Virus record (IMG/VR): IMGVR_UViG_3300024520_000047
Span: 62,001-126,000 of that record
Reading direction: 5' to 3' (one strand)
DNA length: 64,000 nt
How positions within the stretch are numbered: the first letter of the stretch is position 1; each line of letters begins with the position of its first letter. Under the pieces are notes generated by a model, which made no database searches, was not told the DNA's origin, and saw nothing but the letters and a program-made list of their open reading frames with translations. The position numbers were made by a program, and so were the translations under genes. Shown here one piece after another: positions 57,996-64,000 of this stretch.

Positions 57996-60900
57996 CTTCT
58001 TTTGGTGGTAAATACTCATTTAAAAATCTATCGTAAGCTGATGCTCCTTGTCTCAACCCAAAATAATAAAATAATGTAGTACCTAATCTAATATCTTGGT
58101 TTGATAACGGTGCTGGTAAAGTAAAAACAAACTGTCCTTGGTCTGGTGGTCTTAAGTCTCCGCCATAAAATGATGGTGTACTCCAGTCCCCATCATGGTC
58201 ACCTTCTGGGGGTGTGGGGTTAGGTCGTGGGTACAAATTACCTTGTTGGTAACCAATTACTTCAATGGATGTATTATCACATATAGCCTGTGCTCCTTGA
58301 TTAAACGCATAATCGTTATTGAAGTTACCATACCCAATTCCTGCTTTTTGCCAAACATAATATGGGACTACTTGTGTATTTTCAATACCAAAAGAACCGC
58401 CCAACAAACAGTTTATTAAATCATAATCTTTTGTTAATAAAGGGTATACTGACGATATTGTTGTAATGCCGCCAATACCACTGCCGTAGAGTGATTGCCA
58501 TTGCCCACCTCCAGGTCCAAAACCATAGTAGGGGTCCTGAACGTCAGTAGTAAAAACTGACACTCCCGCCATATTATTTGTTGCTAACAATTGTGCAATA
58601 TCCCCATCAATTACTCTTCCTCTCCAAACTGCAGTTCCCATAGACCCTTTTCTCACATTTCCAACATTTCTATTGTAGGTCGCACCAGGTTCCGCGTCCG
58701 CTCCAAACCATTTATTAAGGCCAGACCACCTAAAATTATCAAAAACTTGTATGGATATTTTTCTTTCTATTTCTCTCCCTAATAATTCTTCACTGGGTTG
58801 GAAACTACTAGGTGTTAGTCTATCTATAAAAAAGCATTGTGTGTTCTCATTTGGATTATTTGATGCACAAATAGATGTTATACAGGGGTCCAAAGGACCT
58901 AGTTCACAAATAGTTGTTGGGAAATTAATTCCACAGTGTGCTACAGCTATAGCGCCAAATGCTTGAGAACCATGTACAGGCCAAGCCGTACTGCTGGCAA
59001 TATTTGGGTTCTGATGACCAAAACCCGTGGCTAATGAAAAGGGGGTACTCCTATAATAATAGTTTATCCCTTGGTCATCATCTTGTCTCCACACTACCCT
59101 ATCAGGATATAAGTAAATGGGGTTTGGGACTTCAGTTCCATCATCTAGTGTTTTTCTCCCTTTATTAGCAAATTTAAAATGATATAATGTACCATTAATC
59201 CAATTATTACTAAATTTCATATTAAATATGCCTTGACATAAACCAGTATAAATATTCGCTAATATTCTCCACCTATTCAAAGACCTAAACATCTGCCATA
59301 TATCGTTAAATAACCAAACAACTATTAATAATAAGGTAACTATCATATATATACCGAAAGCTATACCACCATAAGGGGGTGGTATAAAAACAGTTCCAAT
59401 CATAAAACCAATAACGCCCTTAACTCGGTCAGTTAAGGCTGGGTCAAATTGTAAAATCCAACAACCTCTGGGGGCACTATTATTTAATGCTCGCCAATGC
59501 TCGCCATTGCCCCCTCCTTGGGCAAATCCCAACATATCACATTTACTTATGCTATTTGGGTCATCCGCTATAACTTCTTGCATTTTACCCTTAACAGTAG
59601 TATATCCGGCAATATCCCATAGTGGAGGCATTACAAATTTATATGGTGGTCCACAGAAACATGGTTCACAATTTGGATAATCATATAATTTCTTTTGGAT
59701 ATAAAATGAGCCAAATAATACATCTATTAATGGATACATAACAAAAATAGCAACTAATATAATCATAACTATTTGGCCAATCCAAGACCCCAAATAAACA
59801 GCTAAACCAGGCGCAAAAGGATAGATGTATATCCATAATCCCATTAAGTTCATTGTATCCTCAGCATAAGCTGCAAAACTCATTACCGATAGAATTGCAC
59901 CAAACCCAATAGATAATGCCGCTAATAAAATGGTAACCATTTGTACTATTCTGGAAATTTGTTGTTGGGCAAAAAACGTATTTCCACCCCTAAAAGAATC
60001 ATTGACGGGAAATTCTTTATTGGTATCGGTGCATCTACTTTCTGCTGGAGGATTAATGGATTTAATTCCTATAAATCTCCATCTATTATTTGATTGGGGA
60101 TAAAGTGTCTCTGTGTCAGGTTGAACATTTTTCCTATAATTGTCTATAAAACTTGCAATTGTATATACTTTATTAGGTCCAAATTCATAAAAATAATCTT
60201 CACATTTATAAGCTGGGGAGTTTTCCCACGATAAATTAGAATCTAAAGGATAGTCCATAATATTATCCGAAAACGAATAACTAGGTGATGGCGAACCCGG
60301 TTCTGTATCATCTACATATTCTCTAATGTTTGGAATTAAATAACTTGCATTTCTTACTTCTGAACCACTCGAATCAAAACTAATTTTAAATCTATATTTT
60401 GCTTTAGTTGGAACGCCTTTTTTTGGGTCATTAGATATGACCTGTTCCCCATATTCGTTAGTTATTATAAAATCTAAGTTCATTGGTAACTGTGTAACCC
60501 ATGACCCATTACCGTCAATTACTTTACCCCCTTTTTCTAATGCAAAATATTCTAATTTTGGGGTACACCCATCATCTTCAGTTAAAATTGTATGTCTAAC
60601 AGATTCAATCACACCAGTTCCTGTAGTTAAATTACATAATTGTCCTTGATTTTTAGCTGGTGTCCCTTCAATGCCAACAAAATTACTATCATCATCTGTA
60701 ATTATAGAACCCATAAATGTCGCACTCGGGATTATTTCTACACCAGAATCTCTTAAATCAAAATCTATTCTTGATATTCCTATTTCACATAAATTATCAT
60801 CCCCCCAAAAAGGTACAACCTCAACAACTTTATTTTGTATTACTATTTGGGGTAACGTATCTAAATTTTCTGACTCTTTAAATTCTAATGCACTTTCAAA

Positions 60901-61479
60901 TTGTGAAGCGTCGATGCCTTGATTAATAAAATGATATGGTCTCATAGAATAACAACCAATGTTACTAACATCAATACTTGTATGGATTGTTTGGGTTCCT
61001 GTGGGAACGCCCCAAATCATAAAATCACCACTTTCATTAGTTTTTGTGGTATATTTATAATATTTTTCAAAAACCTCCAATACCACTGGATTATTTACAA
61101 CTTCATCCGCGGTAAAGAAATTACCGGTTGGGGTGTGGTTACATCCTTCAGAAACTTTAGGTAAAAGATTATATCTATAACCTTCTTCGTTTTTATCTGT
61201 TACTTGCTTATATGGGTATAATGTGGATATTATTGGGTCGTTTTCATCTTCTTCTGTAAGGGGAACAAAAACGGACACTTTAGCGTTAGGGATACCAAAA
61301 CCACCATTAGCTATAGCTCTCCCAACTACCACACCATAATCTGCACACATTCTGTTGTATATATCCGACTTTGATATTTTTAAACTTAGGATTTCAAGCA
61401 AATCAAAATCCTGTTCTAATCTTAGTTGGATATTCTTATCGTCGTTTACTGTAGTTCTTATTCTAACTGATTGAGGCAT
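57988..61479 (-). CDS. Large baseplate-cluster protein with internal transmembrane-like segments
   Basis: N-terminal beta-sandwich (GVVVGRAIANGGFGIPNAKVSVF...KTNESGDFMIWGVP) and three long central hydrophobic stretches. Confidence 0.7.
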   Translation of the reverse strand: MPQSVRIRTTVNDDKNIQLRLEQDFDLLEILSLKISKSDIYNRMCADYGVVVGRAIANGGFGIPNAKVSVFVPLTEEDENDPIISTLYPYKQVTDKNEEGYRYNLLPKVSEGCNHTPTGNFFTADEVVNNPVVLEVFEKYYKYTTKTNESGDFMIWGVPTGTQTIHTSIDVSNIGCYSMRPYHFINQGIDASQFESALEFKESENLDTLPQIVIQNKVVEVVPFWGDDNLCEIGISRIDFDLRDSGVEIIPSATFMGSIITDDDSNFVGIEGTPAKNQGQLCNLTTGTGVIESVRHTILTEDDGCTPKLEYFALEKGGKVIDGNGSWVTQLPMNLDFIITNEYGEQVISNDPKKGVPTKAKYRFKISFDSSGSEVRNASYLIPNIREYVDDTEPGSPSPSYSFSDNIMDYPLDSNLSWENSPAYKCEDYFYEFGPNKVYTIASFIDNYRKNVQPDTETLYPQSNNRWRFIGIKSINPPAESRCTDTNKEFPVNDSFRGGNTFFAQQQISRIVQMVTILLAALSIGFGAILSVMSFAAYAEDTMNLMGLWIYIYPFAPGLAVYLGSWIGQIVMIILVAIFVMYPLIDVLFGSFYIQKKLYDYPNCEPCFCGPPYKFVMPPLWDIAGYTTVKGKMQEVIADDPNSISKCDMLGFAQGGGNGEHWRALNNSAPRGCWILQFDPALTDRVKGVIGFMIGTVFIPPPYGGIAFGIYMIVTLLLIVVWLFNDIWQMFRSLNRWRILANIYTGLCQGIFNMKFSNNWINGTLYHFKFANKGRKTLDDGTEVPNPIYLYPDRVVWRQDDDQGINYYYRSTPFSLATGFGHQNPNIASSTAWPVHGSQAFGAIAVAHCGINFPTTICELGPLDPCITSICASNNPNENTQCFFIDRLTPSSFQPSEELLGREIERKISIQVFDNFRWSGLNKWFGADAEPGATYNRNVGNVRKGSMGTAVWRGRVIDGDIAQLLATNNMAGVSVFTTDVQDPYYGFGPGGGQWQSLYGSGIGGITTISSVYPLLTKDYDLINCLLGGSFGIENTQVVPYYVWQKAGIGYGNFNNDYAFNQGAQAICDNTSIEVIGYQQGNLYPRPNPTPPEGDHDGDWSTPSFYGGDLRPPDQGQFVFTLPAPLSNQDIRLGTTLFYYFGLRQGASAYDRFLNEYLPPKEDE

Positions 61480-61552
61480 AAAATATCTTTAACAAATAAA
61501 TAGTTATCCTATTAAAATCAAATTTAATTAAGCTTAGAAATATGTAAACTAA

Positions 61553-63406
61553 TTACGAAATAGTAGTTTGAGTAGTAGTTTTAATTCTTACCGCGATGTC
61601 TTTGGTTGGAAATTTAACTTGAAATGACTGGTCTGGTTGTGCAAATATTATCCCGTCTATCAATTCAATTTGTTTTGTAGCTTCGTCTAAGTACCGTTGG
61701 GATACCTCATTACTAGAATATTGTCCACCAACCTTATTAAAAATTCGTAAGTCTATTAAATTAACAACCCCATCTTGTAATGATATATTTCTACTCAATT
61801 CCCCAATATAGACATCTTGACCCATTTCCTTATTATCAGGTGAAAAGAAATCGTTTACAGTGTCAATTATATTTGTCACTAACTCTCCTTGATTAAATGA
61901 TGGCTCAACTACAATATCAACATCTATTGATAAATCAATTACTTGTGCAGGTTGGGTAACGATATAATCGTTTAACATCCTATAATCAGATAAATATTCG
62001 GCAATATTCTTCATTAGTGTGGTACTAACTTTTGAAGTTAAACTCCCATCACTCGCATATGATAACAAATTTACTAAAATTTTATTCTCTTCTTCTATTA
62101 TTCCTGTTTTTGCTGGTGCACCAAAAATCCCCGGCATTCCGTTTATTAAAGACCGGTAATCACTTACGGTTACTGCTCTTTTTTGTGCTGAAAAATTAAA
62201 TCCAATATAATTTCTTATTTCTTCTATGGTGGGTTGATTTGCACCACCAACAGCGGCGGTCACATTATTGACATTAAGTGAATCTAAAACAGATGTGTTT
62301 ATATTTGAATTGGGCCCATTAATTACAAAATCTATAGTGCCAAAGCTATTTATAGTATTGGGTCCAATATTTGTAGCTTTTCCCCCACCAACTCTATATT
62401 GAATAAAAAGAGTGGTATTTGCTCTGGGTGTAGTACCTAAAGAGATATTATTCATATACCTACTTAAATCCATATTAAACCCTTGTTGGGTAAAATCACT
62501 TAAACTATCTTGTGCACTATTGGTACCACCACCCAATGTTAAAAAGAAAAATCCTTCTGGTGTATATTCAGTTATAAACCGTTGGTCTACAGTTTCCCAT
62601 TTTCCCACTTTTACGCCAGGCATATCGGATTGTTTAGTACTATCTATGGTGAATACCTTATCTTGTGCTAAGGCATCTACCTCATACCATTTATTTTGTG
62701 AGGTTAAAAATTCTGTGGATTTGGGAATTGCTTGGGTTGTTGTACCATCTTTTTGTATTATTGCACTCACACCAAGTATGTTTTTCTCAGGTAAAAATAT
62801 TTTTAAAAATGGCATTACATCTGTCTCAGTAATTGGTTTTCTAAATACTTTTGTTACACCATTAACAACAACTTCTCGTTTGGTTATATTATAACTAACT
62901 ATCGTACCATTAGAATTAAAGTTAGGTATCTTAGTTCGGTTAGGAAATCCAGTGGCGTCATATGGTGTGGAAAAATCTACATCATATATATTTTCAAAAA
63001 CTTGACCCGCTCCCATTGCTTGTGAACCACGCCTCAACGTTCCTAAATACCTGACATCTTCTTTATCCCCACCACCAGTAACTTGTGCGACTGGTACGGT
63101 AATAGTAAAATCACAAACCGAGACAGATGGTCTATTAGATGGTATTTTTAATCCATAAGTTCTAGCTATATTAAAAAGAGAAGACTTTTGATTTGCATAA
63201 TCTAATACTGTTTCTTGTAAACTTCTATCTATATGATAATGTAAATTATCTGCTACAGCAGCATTTAAATCAAGAAAAACAGAAAAAATGGATGCATCGT
63301 TTGCATTTTGTATTAAATCGGGATATTGTTGTTGGACATAATTTAAAAGTTCACTTCTAATACCAACAAAATCTCTTTCAGTGTAGGATATCTTATTATT
63401 TGCCAT
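61553..63406 (-). CDS. Baseplate wedge subunit (T4 gp6 / baseplate J-like)
   Basis: YTERDFVGIRSELLNY, SLFNIARTYG, YRVGGG..TN and AVGGANQPTIEEIR...AQKRAVTVSDY. Confidence 0.88.
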   Translation of the reverse strand: MANNKISYTERDFVGIRSELLNYVQQQYPDLIQNANDASIFSVFLDLNAAVADNLHYHIDRSLQETVLDYANQKSSLFNIARTYGLKIPSNRPSVSVCDFTITVPVAQVTGGGDKEDVRYLGTLRRGSQAMGAGQVFENIYDVDFSTPYDATGFPNRTKIPNFNSNGTIVSYNITKREVVVNGVTKVFRKPITETDVMPFLKIFLPEKNILGVSAIIQKDGTTTQAIPKSTEFLTSQNKWYEVDALAQDKVFTIDSTKQSDMPGVKVGKWETVDQRFITEYTPEGFFFLTLGGGTNSAQDSLSDFTQQGFNMDLSRYMNNISLGTTPRANTTLFIQYRVGGGKATNIGPNTINSFGTIDFVINGPNSNINTSVLDSLNVNNVTAAVGGANQPTIEEIRNYIGFNFSAQKRAVTVSDYRSLINGMPGIFGAPAKTGIIEEENKILVNLLSYASDGSLTSKVSTTLMKNIAEYLSDYRMLNDYIVTQPAQVIDLSIDVDIVVEPSFNQGELVTNIIDTVNDFFSPDNKEMGQDVYIGELSRNISLQDGVVNLIDLRIFNKVGGQYSSNEVSQRYLDEATKQIELIDGIIFAQPDQSFQVKFPTKDIAVRIKTTTQTTIS

Positions 63407-63407
63407 A

Positions 63408-63866
63408 TTATATATTAATTATCACAAAATCCTTAGTTTCGAAGGCATTATTACTAATAGTATAACTAATTTTAACTTTAGCTGTATTTTCTTTAGTTCC
63501 TTGTCCAGCAATTCTATATACTCTAGGGTCATTATCACTCACAATAGTTCCTGGTGTCTCTTCAGCTTCTAAAGCGGGTTCAACAACAACAGAATTTATG
63601 GTGAGGTTTGGTATATATTTTGTTACTTGTTCTCTTATTTCACCTTCTATGGAATCAAATGTTGGAGAATCTAACGGTTCGAAAATATACTCATACAATC
63701 TAGTTCCAAAATCTGGTAAATAATATCTGCTTCCCTTTCTAGTTAATAAAAGATGAATTAAATCAGCTTTAATTTCTTCTTCTGCATTATCTGTTAATTT
63801 CAAATAATCACCGACATCACTGTCTTGAAATGGGAAATCTATTCCATATGTTCCAAATTCAGGCAT
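63408..63866 (-). CDS. Baseplate wedge subunit, T4 gp25 / GPW-gp25 family
   Basis: GIDFPF...IKADLIHLLLTRKGSRYYLPDFGTRLYEYIFEP. Confidence 0.92.
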   Translation of the reverse strand: MPEFGTYGIDFPFQDSDVGDYLKLTDNAEEEIKADLIHLLLTRKGSRYYLPDFGTRLYEYIFEPLDSPTFDSIEGEIREQVTKYIPNLTINSVVVEPALEAEETPGTIVSDNDPRVYRIAGQGTKENTAKVKISYTISNNAFETKDFVIINI

Positions 63867-63901
63867 AATTGTTTTTTATATAAATACTCGTAACTTAGAA
63901 T

Positions 63902-64000
63902 CTATATTGATATTATCAAAACTTGTTTATTATAAAAATGTTCTTTATAGTGAAGACCATAATTTTCAACAATCTCTGTTACTATCCTTTTAACATTGGG
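63902..64000 (-). CDS. 3' end of a gene entering from the right edge (partial)
   Basis: Open frame ...PNVKRIVTEIVENYGLHYKEHFYNKQVLIISI* ending at 63902. Confidence 0.5.
   Translation of the reverse strand, partial: PNVKRIVTEIVENYGLHYKEHFYNKQVLIISI

Larger units (their letters stand above)
1..64000. other. Segment of a large myovirus-like (jumbo-type) phage genome, probable Bacteroidota host
   Basis: Contains baseplate wedge genes (gp25-like, gp6-like), a gp46/gp47-like nuclease pair, primase, a RuvC-like resolvase and a phage sigma factor. Genes are abutting or overlapping, there are no cellular housekeeping operons, and Bacteroidota-type promoters are present. Confidence 0.9.

Noticed and set aside
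4908-62894. Numerous short ORFs in the track nested in or antisense to long genes (e.g. 4908..5252, 23534..23890, 24946..25446, 26808..27311, 41566..42021, 62412..62894)
   Set aside because: They lie wholly or almost wholly within well-supported genes, show antisense-type composition and have no recognisable motifs.
1-64000. Stop-codon reassignment (TAG/TGA recoding, as in some Bacteroidota phages)
   Set aside because: Very long ORFs (up to 3101 aa) are intact in code 11, and TAG/TGA end genes at sensible boundaries (2951, 6212, 9479, 22171, 54033).
1-64000. tRNA, rRNA or other structured RNA genes
   Set aside because: Intergenic gaps are short and AT-rich, and I saw no cloverleaf or T-loop signature. 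A tRNAscan-SE/Infernal run would be needed to exclude them formally.

Overview
This is an AT-rich, gene-dense 64 kb segment of a large (jumbo-type) contractile-tailed phage genome. It reads in the standard genetic code and most probably infects Bacteroidota. Host evidence: TTG/TTTG-N20-TAnnTTTG promoters, a Bacteroidota-type SigA lacking region 1.1, a DUF6576-like tail, SprB-like repeats, an Hc1-like protein and no obvious Shine-Dalgarno sites. Layout: (1) 1-4370 (+) end of a fibre/adhesin cluster plus a SAM methyltransferase. (2) 4391-19094 (mostly -) accessory genes: an LRR protein, a DruA/DUF4338-like protein, DnaJ, an Hc1-like protein, probable head-packaged acidic proteins, an amidase/spanin-like lysis block and a sigma-70 factor. 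(3) 19166-22174 (+) late-type genes, including an unannotated 20-aa, 9-Cys metallothionein-like ORF. (4) 22171-28484 (-) recombination/replication: Rad50/SbcC, Mre11/SbcD, a PD-(D/E)XK nuclease, primase and a RuvC-like resolvase. (5) 28484-63866 (-) a baseplate/tail-appendage cluster of very large, Cys-rich mosaic proteins, ending in gp6-like and gp25-like wedge genes. I saw no tRNA, rRNA, CRISPR array, integrase or transposase. Best leads: the micro-metallothionein together with Cys/metal-binding modules in virion proteins (including a HiPIP-like motif); a vWA-like domain shared by two tail proteins; four promoter classes, including a sigma54-like site before the phage sigma gene; and an apparent transfer of the Mre11 C-terminal part onto Rad50. 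All family assignments come from motif recognition by eye; no database search was run.
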